Source of the DNA: a virus
Taxonomy: Duplodnaviria; Caudoviricetes
Direction: 5' to 3' (one strand)
Virus record (IMG/VR): IMGVR_UViG_3300037478_000558
Coordinates: 1-56,503 of that record
Length of the DNA stretch: 56,503 bases
The notes under the pieces are model-generated. The model was given only the letters and a program-made list of their open reading frames with translations, did not search any database and was not told where the DNA came from. The translations under genes were made by a program, and so were the position numbers. This document shows positions 27,334 through 35,489 of the stretch, piece by piece. How positions within the stretch are numbered: position 1 is the first letter of the stretch; every line of letters starts with the position of its first letter.

Positions 27334-28434
27334 ATGCCACCCTACCTTGACGAGCGCGCCAAGCGCTGGCGCTGGCGCTGCCGTATCACCCTGCCCGCCG
27401 GCGAAGAGAAGCGGCCGAGCGGTACGCCGAAGCGCAACACCAAGCGAGCAGCAGAAGAGGACGAGCGGCTCACGGTCGAGGCGATGATGCGCGCATCGCT
27501 CTACCCCACCAGACCACCGGCGCCCACGCTCGCCGAATTCGCCCCGCGGTTCCTCGAGTGGTCCGCAGCCCGGGCAAAGGGCGGCGCTGACGGACGCACG
27601 CACACGAACCGAGCAATTGCCCTCCGACTGCATATCCTCCCCGCACTCGGCCGCCTACTGCTCGACCGGATAGGCACCGAGGCTCTCGACCGCTACACCT
27701 CGCAGATATCCGCAACGCCAAGCCTGACCCGCCCAGACCGCACGCTCAGCGCGGGCACCGTTAACCTCCACCTGGCCACGATCTCGGCCATGCTTCGCCT
27801 TGCCGAACGCTGGCAGGTGATCGAGCGCGCGCCTGTGGTCCAGGCGATCCGGCACAAGCCTGCCGTCGTCTGGCTCACCGAGGAGCAGCTCGATGCGATG
27901 ATCGCCGCAGCCCCTACCGACCAGCTCCGCGCCATGATCATCGTTGCCGCCCGCGCCGGCCTGCGCCGCGGTGAGCTCCTGGGCCTGCGCTGGCGCGATA
28001 TCCAGGGCGACACGCTCCTCGTCTCCCAGCAGATCACGCCCACCGGCGCGATCACGAGCACCAAAAGCGGAAAGGTGCGCCCGGTGCCGATTCTCCCCTC
28101 AGTGGGCGATGCGCTGGCGCGCCTGCCCCGCGTCGATGAACTGGTCTTTCCCCATCGCCACGGCGGGGCGCAGCTCGTCCGATCGGCCGACAAGCGGCTC
28201 GCAGTGCTGGCCAAGAGCGCCAAGGTCCATTGCCCCGGCTGGCACGTCCTCCGGCACACCTTCGGCGCGCAACTTGCGCAGCGCGGATGCCCTCTGCCCG
28301 TGATCCAAGAGATGCTCGGACACGCCGATATCCGCACCACGATGATCTACGCGAGCCTCGCACCAACCAGCGCCGCGCACTGGATCCGCGTTCTGGCCAA
28401 CCCACGGCCAACGGAACCCGGACAAGATCGCTAG
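27334..28434 (+). CDS. int: Tyrosine integrase
   Basis: GLRRGELLGLRW (R), TKSGK (K), HVLRH (HxxR), LGH and TMIY (Y). Confidence 0.93.
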   Translation: MPPYLDERAKRWRWRCRITLPAGEEKRPSGTPKRNTKRAAEEDERLTVEAMMRASLYPTRPPAPTLAEFAPRFLEWSAARAKGGADGRTHTNRAIALRLHILPALGRLLLDRIGTEALDRYTSQISATPSLTRPDRTLSAGTVNLHLATISAMLRLAERWQVIERAPVVQAIRHKPAVVWLTEEQLDAMIAAAPTDQLRAMIIVAARAGLRRGELLGLRWRDIQGDTLLVSQQITPTGAITSTKSGKVRPVPILPSVGDALARLPRVDELVFPHRHGGAQLVRSADKRLAVLAKSAKVHCPGWHVLRHTFGAQLAQRGCPLPVIQEMLGHADIRTTMIYASLAPTSAAHWIRVLANPRPTEPGQDR

Positions 28435-28666
28435 ATCTCGAAGATCTTTATATTTTTAGGCGCCATTCCTACCAGTGCCTCAAGTGCGCCACTGCCCACC
28501 CGCGCAGCCGTTTGCACTTTCTTGATTGGGCGGTCATCTCAAATGTTTACTGCGAAAACCATCACAATCAGTCAGGTTATCGTTTTCCCGCACCATGGGT
28601 TAGTGGTCGCGCAATCGGCTGAATGGGCTCGTTCCCGCTGTTTGCTCTGGCCAACCAGTGGCCAAC
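28392..28666. other. Putative attP region bounded by tandem arm-type repeats
   Basis: TCTGGCCAAC-N4-GGCCAAC at 28392-28412 and 28646-28666 flanking an AT-rich non-coding stretch just downstream of int. Confidence 0.6.
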
Positions 28667-28823
28667 AGGCCCAGAGTCCCGTTCTTCGCGATCTCCGAAT
28701 CGAGGCCGGTGACCATAGAGAAAGAGGGCCGGCGCGCCCGGTAACCGGGAAGGAAGTCATGGCGAAGACCCCCGAGCGCGCCAGCCCACAGAAGACCCGA
28801 GGATACACCCGGGTAACGCGGTG

Positions 28824-29336
28824 TCAATTGGGTGGGCCGCCCTCGGCCTTGCCCTTGGCGTATCCGGCGATCAGAGATTCCAGCCGCCGCCGCTGATCCG
28901 CGCTGGTCATCGCGCGCACGTTTTCTGCAATGGTCGCGACATTCTTGATCTCGACCGGCGAGTAGAGCCCATCGAGCCGACAGAGCTTGTCCAGGGCCAC
29001 GATCGCGTATTTTACCTGACCTTGCGCGAGCGCTATCTGATAGGCCCGCTGAAGCGATGCACGCATGGTCGAGCGCCGGAATGGGCGGCCGACGCGCCCA
29101 TCCTCTTCGAGCCTCTCCATGGCCTCCATGATGATCTCGCGCGCCGGCTCGTCCACGAACCCATATTCTTTCTTCAGGGTGCGGAGCATCGAGCGGAGCT
29201 GCGCCTGCGACGTGATGAGCCGCTCGACGCGCTCGAGCACCACCTCGCGGCAGAGCGGGCACTGGTGCTCGATGGTCTTGTCGTGCTCGCCGCGCTCGTG
29301 GGCGAGTTCGCGCGATGTCTTTCGCTTCCGGGCCAT
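28824..29336 (-). CDS. Putative terminase small subunit
   Basis: Helical 170 aa with AIVALDKLCRLDGLY TerS-like motif; no other TerS candidate next to terL. Confidence 0.5.
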   Translation of the reverse strand: MARKRKTSRELAHERGEHDKTIEHQCPLCREVVLERVERLITSQAQLRSMLRTLKKEYGFVDEPAREIIMEAMERLEEDGRVGRPFRRSTMRASLQRAYQIALAQGQVKYAIVALDKLCRLDGLYSPVEIKNVATIAENVRAMTSADQRRRLESLIAGYAKGKAEGGPPN

Positions 29337-29345
29337 GGCTCTACC

Positions 29346-31433
29346 TCAGCGCGCGATCTCCGCCATCAGACGCCGAACAGCGGCCACGACGTGATCTCCA
29401 TCCTTGAGCCCCATGGCCTCGCGAAGTCGATCATTCACCGCCGTCCAATCGTTGACCTGTGCGGTCAGGTTGTTGAGCTTGCGCTTGACCGCTTCGTACA
29501 CGTTCTCGCCCTCACGAGCCCCAACGAACTCGCGCACACCGGGCGCCCACGCGGCATCCCCCTCGAGCTTGTCGATCTTCCGCAGATTATCCGCCCCCCA
29601 TGCCAGCCGCTTCGCGACCGCGAATGCGAGCGGGTCATCCCCATCCACCGGAAACGGCCCATAGGTCCCGAGCCGGAGCAGCCGATAGATCTCCATTTTC
29701 TGATCGTCGAGTTTCTTCACCAACCGCGCACGCTCGGTGCCGTGCTCGTCCGCGCGCCGCTTCGCCGCGTCAAACGTCCCCTCCCCATCGCGAGCCCCTA
29801 CAATCTCGCGCACGCCCGCGTACCCCTCGAGCCGCTTCAGCGTCAGTTCCAGCTCCCGACGATTCTTCGCGATATCTCGCCTCAGCGCATCGTTGGTCGA
29901 CTTGAGCCGCTCGCGCTCTTGCTCGGCCTCCGTCCTGGCCACCGCGCATCGATCCCGGCTCTCCGTCACCCGGCGCAGCTTCCCCCGGGTCTCGTCCAGA
30001 TCGAGCTTCTGGTCGTCGCGCTCGGCCTCGACCTCCTTGCGGATCCGCTCCTGATTCTCCGCGTTAAACGTGGCCACGCCCAGCTCGATCTTCAGGTCGG
30101 CGATGGCCTTCGTCGCCATCGCCCGCCCCTCCGCATCCGCGTGAATCTGCCCCGCGAACGCATCCCGCTGCTTCTGCGCATCGGCACACTGGCTCAGCGC
30201 GATCTGCCGGTTCTCCTCGTGGCGAGCGATCGTGCGCTGCACCCACGGCCGACACAGCTCACCGACCCGGGTCTCGACCCCCTCCGCGCCCGCTTTACAG
30301 ATCGCGAAGATCTCGGTGTCCCCGGACTTCACAGTTTTGTACGCTTGGCAGGCCGACGAACACCCGCCATAACCATCTCGGTCACTTACAGGAGAAATTG
30401 TAAGCTCGCTAGCGTGACGCTGCGTTACATCAGGCCCATCAATGGCGGGCTCATCGTAACAGACACTGTATTTGCTACCATCGTCAGCAGTGAACGTCAT
30501 GGCCGCCAGTCCCGGGCTGTCATTGACCGGATCGCTACTCAGCGAGCATCTGCACATGCACGTCGTCAGCGTCTCGAGCTCGCGCACGCGCGCCGCCAGT
30601 TCTACCTCGCGCGCGATCGTCTCCCGGTCGCTCCCGCGCCTACCGATCGCCACGTCGACCACCACTTTGACCGACGTTTCCTCGTCCCTGATCCCCAGTG
30701 CCCTCGCCAGCATTCCAATATAGTGCAGATCCACGTCATAGGCATCGAGCCTGCGCTTGACCTCGTCGTCGACATCGGCGCTCACCGGCAGCCCGACGAA
30801 CCCCGCGATGCGCTGCAACGCCTTGGCCTGCTGCTCCATGCCCGCGACCGCGCGCGCGCATTCCCCGAGCATCTCCCGGGCGAACCCGTCGAGCACCGGG
30901 GCATCCGCAATGGCCCCGCGCAGGACCTTCTTGACCGCACCAACGGCCCGCTCGACGACCGATCGCCCCGCCATGGGCACGGCCTCGGCAATCGCCTCGT
31001 GAAGAGCACCGTGGAGCTTCTCCGTGCTCGGCAGCGCGATCACGCCATCTTGCTCGCTAAACAGGTATTCATCGCCCTGATCCACGGTCCCGAATACGTC
31101 CAACGGGGTGAGCCCCGGATCCCGCACCAGCGCTCTCTCGAGCAGCCTGGGCAGGTACACTACGACCCCTTCCCCGACGAGCAGCTCTTGCGATTCCCCG
31201 GGCCCCTGGTGCAGTACGACCACGACGGGCCGGCCCTTATCGTTCCTGTATTGCCGTGTTTCGATCTTCATGATTTGTGACTCCTGCCGGCCACTATGCC
31301 ACAGCGCACCGCGCTTGACACTCGAGTCACCTCCGCGCACTATCCGCGGTGCAGGGTCATGGGTGGCTCCTGGTTCTGTACGGCCCCGATCGATCTTCAT
31401 TGGCTCATCGATCGGGGCTGTTTTTTTCGCCAT
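29346..31433 (-). CDS. Large coiled-coil hypothetical protein with internal repeats
   Basis: 695 aa; GVRE.VGAR.GE..(F/Y).A.KR repeated; Cys-rich AT-richer middle segment. Confidence 0.7.
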   Translation of the reverse strand: MAKKTAPIDEPMKIDRGRTEPGATHDPAPRIVRGGDSSVKRGALWHSGRQESQIMKIETRQYRNDKGRPVVVVLHQGPGESQELLVGEGVVVYLPRLLERALVRDPGLTPLDVFGTVDQGDEYLFSEQDGVIALPSTEKLHGALHEAIAEAVPMAGRSVVERAVGAVKKVLRGAIADAPVLDGFAREMLGECARAVAGMEQQAKALQRIAGFVGLPVSADVDDEVKRRLDAYDVDLHYIGMLARALGIRDEETSVKVVVDVAIGRRGSDRETIAREVELAARVRELETLTTCMCRCSLSSDPVNDSPGLAAMTFTADDGSKYSVCYDEPAIDGPDVTQRHASELTISPVSDRDGYGGCSSACQAYKTVKSGDTEIFAICKAGAEGVETRVGELCRPWVQRTIARHEENRQIALSQCADAQKQRDAFAGQIHADAEGRAMATKAIADLKIELGVATFNAENQERIRKEVEAERDDQKLDLDETRGKLRRVTESRDRCAVARTEAEQERERLKSTNDALRRDIAKNRRELELTLKRLEGYAGVREIVGARDGEGTFDAAKRRADEHGTERARLVKKLDDQKMEIYRLLRLGTYGPFPVDGDDPLAFAVAKRLAWGADNLRKIDKLEGDAAWAPGVREFVGAREGENVYEAVKRKLNNLTAQVNDWTAVNDRLREAMGLKDGDHVVAAVRRLMAEIAR

Positions 31434-31458
31434 GCGTGGTGCGTGATATCATGCGCCC

Positions 31459-31695
31459 ATGAGCAGCAATACCACCCGGCGAGGCGGCACACGCCCCGGC
31501 GCAGGCCGCCCGCGCGGCAGCACGAAGCCACGCGATGAGCGCCGCACGTCCACGTCGATCGGCCTCACGCCCGCCGAACGGGACGCGATCGAGATCTTCA
31601 AGATCGCGCGTGGTCACCGGTCATTCGGCGAGGCTGTCCGGGATCTCGTCATGCTTGGCCTCCGCACCGACCGGTCACGGCCCACCAAAAAATAA
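31459..31695 (+). CDS. AT-hook plus ribbon-helix-helix DNA-binding protein
   Basis: RGGTRPGAGRPRG followed by TSIGLT..E......SFGEAVRDLV; extended -10 TGaTATCAT 6 nt before ATG. Confidence 0.72.
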   Translation: MSSNTTRRGGTRPGAGRPRGSTKPRDERRTSTSIGLTPAERDAIEIFKIARGHRSFGEAVRDLVMLGLRTDRSRPTKK

Positions 31696-31745
31696 CCATC
31701 CTTTTGATTTTTTCAGTTGCGTTCCACGGGGCCCAAGTGTACCGT
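31689..31745 (+). promoter_or_regulatory. Early promoter module, copy 1 (UP element, TTGCGT-N17-TACCGT)
   Basis: A/T tracts, 17-bp spacer; near-identical to 32604-32658. Confidence 0.75.
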
Positions 31746-31752
31746 CTGATCC

Positions 31753-32118
31753 ATGGACGCCAGGTACACCACTCAGATCGGTCGCGCTCGCCACTCCGCC
31801 CGCCCCGGGCGTGAGAGCCTGAGCAAGCGGCTGGGCAAGGTGGCTCGCCAGATCCGCGAGCGGGACGGCCACCGCTGCCAATACTGCGCCGCCACCGCGG
31901 AGCAGAGTGGCGCGCACCTCCACCTGGACCACCTGACGCCGCGCTCGGCTGGTGGCGAGGATGCGGCGACCAATCTCGTACTTGCCTGCCGGCGCTGCAA
32001 TAGCGCCCGACAGAATATGACCCTGGCCCAGTGGGCGGCCTACGCCGCCACCAAGCTGGACCTTACTTTCTCACCCCGCGCGATCCGCGGGCAAGCCCGC
32101 CGGCGCCTGCCGGCGTAA
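31753..32118 (+). CDS. HNH endonuclease
   Basis: RDGHRCQYC, HLDHLTPRSAGG, NLVLACRRCN. Confidence 0.92.
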   Translation: MDARYTTQIGRARHSARPGRESLSKRLGKVARQIRERDGHRCQYCAATAEQSGAHLHLDHLTPRSAGGEDAATNLVLACRRCNSARQNMTLAQWAAYAATKLDLTFSPRAIRGQARRRLPA

Positions 32119-32128
32119 GGAGACGACG

Positions 32129-32407
32129 ATGAATGCGATGACGACGATTGTGCAGTTTTTGGTCCGCCACCTGAAGACGGGCGCGAACCTCGTATCGACG
32201 CTGAGCGGCGCCACGAGGCACGCTCTGGGCCTGGATGCCTACGGCTCGCGGCTGCTGGCGCTGAGCGCCTGGCTGTGGGAGCTGGAGGACTCCTCCCCGC
32301 TGCGTACCGTGCCGTGGTCAGCGCTCGCAGAGCGCTACGAGTCTATCGCCGGCCGCTACGGGGCCGAGTGGACCCCAGCGCTCCAGCTCGCCGTGTGGCC
32401 GTCGTGA
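32129..32407 (+). CDS. Hypothetical protein
   Basis: RBS AAGGAG-ACGACGATG. Confidence 0.6.
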   Translation: MNAMTTIVQFLVRHLKTGANLVSTLSGATRHALGLDAYGSRLLALSAWLWELEDSSPLRTVPWSALAERYESIAGRYGAEWTPALQLAVWPS

Positions 32408-32610
32408 CCTTCACGCTTGGCCACGAGCCGTCAGAGCGCCTGCTGGCGCTCTTGCGCGGCGCTCACGACGATGACACGGCACCGCTGGCTGTGCAGTGGG
32501 ACGCGCCCGCGCTGATCGTGCTGCGCGCGGACAGCTCGGAGCTGTCGCCGTGGGAGGAGATCGATGTGCGAGCGATCTTGGCGGCCGACGGGGTGGCCCC
32601 AATAAAATAA
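32404..32610 (+). CDS. Hypothetical protein
   Basis: GTGA coupling; stop lies inside promoter copy 2. Confidence 0.45.
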   Translation: MTFTLGHEPSERLLALLRGAHDDDTAPLAVQWDAPALIVLRADSSELSPWEEIDVRAILAADGVAPIK

Positions 32611-32658
32611 CCCTATTTGATTTTTCCAGTTGCGCTCGGCCGGGCCCGGGTGTAGAGT
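32604..32658 (+). promoter_or_regulatory. Early promoter module, copy 2 (UP element, TTGCGC-N17-TAGAGT)
   Basis: Repeat of 31689-31745; followed by 5' hairpin GGTTC..GAACC and RBS. Confidence 0.78.
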
Positions 32659-32704
32659 GGTTCTCAGGTCGGCAGTTGAGCCGGCCGGAACCGAGGAGAT
32701 GACG

Positions 32705-32956
32705 ATGACGAAGCTCACCAACGCACAGGAAACGGCTATGGCCGCGATGGCGGATGGGCCGCTTCGCGTCAGTCGCACGGCGGGAATAGGTGGGTCTGCC
32801 TGGCACGCTGAGCACGGGACGATCCTCAATCGCACGCTGGCCGCGCTGGTCGGGAAGGGCCTGGTCGTCGCCACCCACGGTGCCACTCGTATCGAGCGCG
32901 CCTACAGCGGCACGCGCACTTACCTGGTCACTGACGTGACCTACAAGCTGAGCTGA
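32705..32956 (+). CDS. Hypothetical protein, possibly winged-helix
   Basis: RBS GAGGAGATGACGATG; KLTNAQ...TLAALVGKGLV pattern. Confidence 0.6.
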   Translation: MTKLTNAQETAMAAMADGPLRVSRTAGIGGSAWHAEHGTILNRTLAALVGKGLVVATHGATRIERAYSGTRTYLVTDVTYKLS

Positions 32957-32973
32957 GCTGAAAGGATAGAGCC

Positions 32974-33168
32974 ATGGCCTTCCAAGCAAGTATTCCTGGT
33001 AGCCCAAACTCGATGATTGTTCTGAGGCCGTCCAAACATGGCTGGCAGTGCTCAGCGTGCCAGGCGGTATACCTTGATCTCCGCGGGCGAAACGCTGTCC
33101 AGGAATGCCGTTGCGGGCACGCGGTGTTTGTCCCGGTCCCAGTGTTTTCGTGCGCCGAGGTGAAGTGA
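32974..33168 (+). CDS. Small Zn-ribbon protein
   Basis: CSAC...CRCG; RBS AAGGA. Confidence 0.5.
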   Translation: MAFQASIPGSPNSMIVLRPSKHGWQCSACQAVYLDLRGRNAVQECRCGHAVFVPVPVFSCAEVK

Positions 33169-33192
33169 TGCGGCCACGCTACGTGTTTGAGA

Positions 33193-33290
33193 ACTGATCA
33201 CCGAAACCGGCCTGAGCCGGTCGCGCCGGGTGGACTCCGGCGCCTGATGACCCTACGGGGACCGCGGCATGGTGTCGCGGTGGCAGTCCA
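33193..33290 (+). ncRNA. Type II hammerhead ribozyme with loop-I pseudoknot and core insertion
   Basis: GAAA 33203-06, stem III ACCGGC/GCCGGT, GUC site (C33222), stem I GCGCCGG/CCGGCGC, CTGATGA 33244-50, stem II TCACC/GGTGG, loop I TGGACT complementary to AGTCCA. Confidence 0.72.
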
Positions 33291-33300
33291 GGAGATGACG

Positions 33301-33495
33301 ATGAACCTACGTAATACCGAGACGCACGAGACCGCACCCGCCCACGTGATCGGCACGACCACCGAAGGCGACACGCTGGTCCGCTTCGCCGATGGCTGGG
33401 AGCCCGACGACTTCAACGGCGCGCTGACCGAGGACGGCTGGGTCGTCGTGGACGACGAGGAGCCCGAGGAGAACACCCACGGGCGCGGGCTGTAG
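33301..33495 (+). CDS. Small acidic protein
   Basis: RBS AGGAGATGACGATG; 16 D/E vs 3 R in 64 aa. Confidence 0.65.
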   Translation: MNLRNTETHETAPAHVIGTTTEGDTLVRFADGWEPDDFNGALTEDGWVVVDDEEPEENTHGRGL

Positions 33496-33511
33496 CCGCT
33501 CCACTTCGCCC

Positions 33512-33564
33512 AGATGCCGACAGGCGTTTCACTTTTCACCGCGCCTCCGGGCGCAGGAGCCACG
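33512..33564 (+). repeat. Intergenic hairpin/RBS module A, copy 1
   Basis: AGATGCCG-N4-GCGTTTCACTTTT(C)ACCGCGCCT(A)CCGGGCGCAGGAGCCACG shared with 35914-35966. Confidence 0.85.
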
Positions 33565-33993
33565 ATGACTACCTATTCTGTCTACCACGGCGGAAGTCTC
33601 CACGGCACGGGCCGCTCCAGCGGCCCTCACGATACCTGGCACGAGGCAGCCATCGCCGCCCGGGAGTCGGCTCGGATGTTCGGCGCCGACCAGATGATCT
33701 GCGACGACAACGACGAGTACCGGCAGTGGCGGCTCGGCCAGTGGAGCCGCCACCCGCGCCGTATCGAGGTACTCCCGCCAGCGCCGCCCGACGACCCGGC
33801 GCCGGCGCCCAGCGAGGCGCAGCGCACCTACCAGGCGGCCTACGTGGCCGCTCAGCCCGGGCGCAGCAAGACGAGCCGCGCGGCCGCTCGGCGGGCGGCC
33901 CGGGAGGCTGTGAGCGCCGCGCACGGTCCCGCGTGGCTCGACGCGCAGGGCAATCCGCGACGTACGCTACCGCTCAGCGCAGAGGTAGCGTGA
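33565..33993 (+). CDS. Hypothetical protein
   Basis: Starts right after module A RBS. Confidence 0.6.
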   Translation: MTTYSVYHGGSLHGTGRSSGPHDTWHEAAIAARESARMFGADQMICDDNDEYRQWRLGQWSRHPRRIEVLPPAPPDDPAPAPSEAQRTYQAAYVAAQPGRSKTSRAAARRAAREAVSAAHGPAWLDAQGNPRRTLPLSAEVA

Positions 33994-34394
33994 TGGCCGC
34001 CGATCGGTGCCAGCGCTGCGGCGACGCGGTGAGTCCGGACGAGATCGCGCTCGGATGGCCCGTGTACGTCGAGCCCGAGATCCTCGTGTGTCCGTCATGC
34101 TACGGAGACGATGCGTTTTGTTCGTGCGGCGCTACCCTCCGCGGAGACTCGGACTGTGAGCGCTGCGACGACTGCGATTCCGTCGCCACGCTGCAGAGCT
34201 GGGCAGCTCAGCAGGCCGCGTATCTCGCCGAGCTGTGGGAAGGTGACGACTACGGCGACGGGGAGGACGGCGGATGCGAGTGGCTGAAGGAGGGGATCGA
34301 CCCCACCGACTGCCCGGACCCCGAGATCCGTGACGACCCGAACGCCGCCTTTGCCCTGATCGAGCCGCTCTTTGTGGCGGCGCTCGACGAGTAA
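33993..34394 (+). CDS. Cys-rich acidic hypothetical protein
   Basis: Multiple CxxC motifs, very acidic; TGATG coupling. Confidence 0.6.
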   Translation: MAADRCQRCGDAVSPDEIALGWPVYVEPEILVCPSCYGDDAFCSCGATLRGDSDCERCDDCDSVATLQSWAAQQAAYLAELWEGDDYGDGEDGGCEWLKEGIDPTDCPDPEIRDDPNAAFALIEPLFVAALDE

Positions 34395-34419
34395 TCACAC
34401 CGGCGCGGACTCGCGCCAC
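34394..34419 (+). repeat. Intergenic hairpin module B, copy 1
   Basis: ATCACACCGGCGCGG-N3-CGCGCCAC, repeated at 34714-34739. Confidence 0.85.
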
Positions 34420-34435
34420 ATAGTAGGAGGATGCG

Positions 34436-34714
34436 ATGAAATACAAATACATCACCACTGATTGGCGTCCCGGCGAGGCTACCGCTCACGTTCTGGCGCG
34501 CCACGAGAGTGAGCCGGCGTCCGATTGCTACGAGGTTCTGAAGCTTATAGCTGGGCCTGTCAGTTCCCCGCGGGAGCCGGTGGCGGGCGAGTTGCTGGCG
34601 GTCTGGGTGGACGTCTCGACGCCGTACGCCCTGTATCCGACGACGCGCGCGACGATCTCCGAGGTCTACGAGCGCTGCTCGCGTGTGGGACGGTTCCCCG
34701 CGGACCGTCCCTGA
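34436..34714 (+). CDS. Hypothetical protein bracketed by module B repeats
   Basis: RBS TAGGAGG. Confidence 0.65.
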   Translation: MKYKYITTDWRPGEATAHVLARHESEPASDCYEVLKLIAGPVSSPREPVAGELLAVWVDVSTPYALYPTTRATISEVYERCSRVGRFPADRP

Positions 34715-34739
34715 TCACACCGGCGCGGGACCGCGCCAC
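34714..34739 (+). repeat. Intergenic hairpin module B, copy 2
   Basis: Direct repeat of 34394-34419, 320 bp downstream. Confidence 0.85.
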
Positions 34740-34776
34740 TTCGGAGCCGCGCCCGTAGCGCGGATAGGAGGATGAT

Positions 34777-35148
34777 ATGGACAAGATAAAGAACTACCTG
34801 CGCCAGCAGGCAGAGATTTATGGGCTTCGGCCGCGCTTCGTCGAGGCGATCGAAGCGATCGGTACGGACACTGCTCTGGATGTGCGCTCTGGGCTTTTTG
34901 GCTACGCCACCGAGGGCCGTGGTGTGGACGCCCGGCGCGCTCGTCGGGTCGAGATGATGATCGAGGATGTGCTGCAGATCGCCGCGCTGCCCGACGGTAT
35001 CGCGGAGCGCGCAGCAGCTCGGGCCTTGGCTCACGAGGCTGGGCTGATCGCTGGCGACGCCGCCCGGGCGATGGGACGCGACCTGGACGTTTGCCAGGAC
35101 AGGGCCAGCGCGGCCCGGGATCGCGTGATCGCGCTGCTTGCCTCGTAG
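34777..35148 (+). CDS. Hypothetical protein
   Basis: RBS TAGGAGG. Confidence 0.65.
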   Translation: MDKIKNYLRQQAEIYGLRPRFVEAIEAIGTDTALDVRSGLFGYATEGRGVDARRARRVEMMIEDVLQIAALPDGIAERAAARALAHEAGLIAGDAARAMGRDLDVCQDRASAARDRVIALLAS

Positions 35149-35164
35149 TCGACCACTTCACCTA

Positions 35165-35195
35165 TTTACCGCGCCCACGGGCGCAGGAGATGACG
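35165..35195 (+). repeat. Module A, partial copy (TTTACCGCGCCCACGGGCGCAGGAG)
   Basis: Same GCGCC..GGCGC hairpin abutting AGGAG. Confidence 0.75.
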
Positions 35196-35462
35196 ATGGC
35201 GAAAACAGACGTGCTCGGCTACCTGATGTGCCCTGGTCGCGTGATATGCGCGGCCTGTGGGCACTCGGGTCTCGGGACCCCCATCGAGGATGGGTCCAAC
35301 TGGTCCGGGGACGCGCCCGCATGCCAGCGGTGCGACCGCCCGATCGGGCGGGTCGAGGCCGCCACGATCGCGGACATGCTACACACGGAGGACCACGATT
35401 GGTCCCGATCCGTGTGTGGCGGATGCTCGCAGGACTACACCGTTCTGCGAGCTATTAATTAG
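35196..35462 (+). CDS. Small Cys-rich (Zn-binding) protein
   Basis: CAAC, CQRC and CGGC motifs. Confidence 0.6.
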   Translation: MAKTDVLGYLMCPGRVICAACGHSGLGTPIEDGSNWSGDAPACQRCDRPIGRVEAATIADMLHTEDHDWSRSVCGGCSQDYTVLRAIN

Positions 35463-35489
35463 CGCCTCCGGGCGCACAGGAGATCGACG

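Noticed and set aside
28821-31280. 819-aa plus-strand ORF
   Set aside because: Antisense shadow of two minus-strand genes in GC-rich DNA; no motifs or RBS
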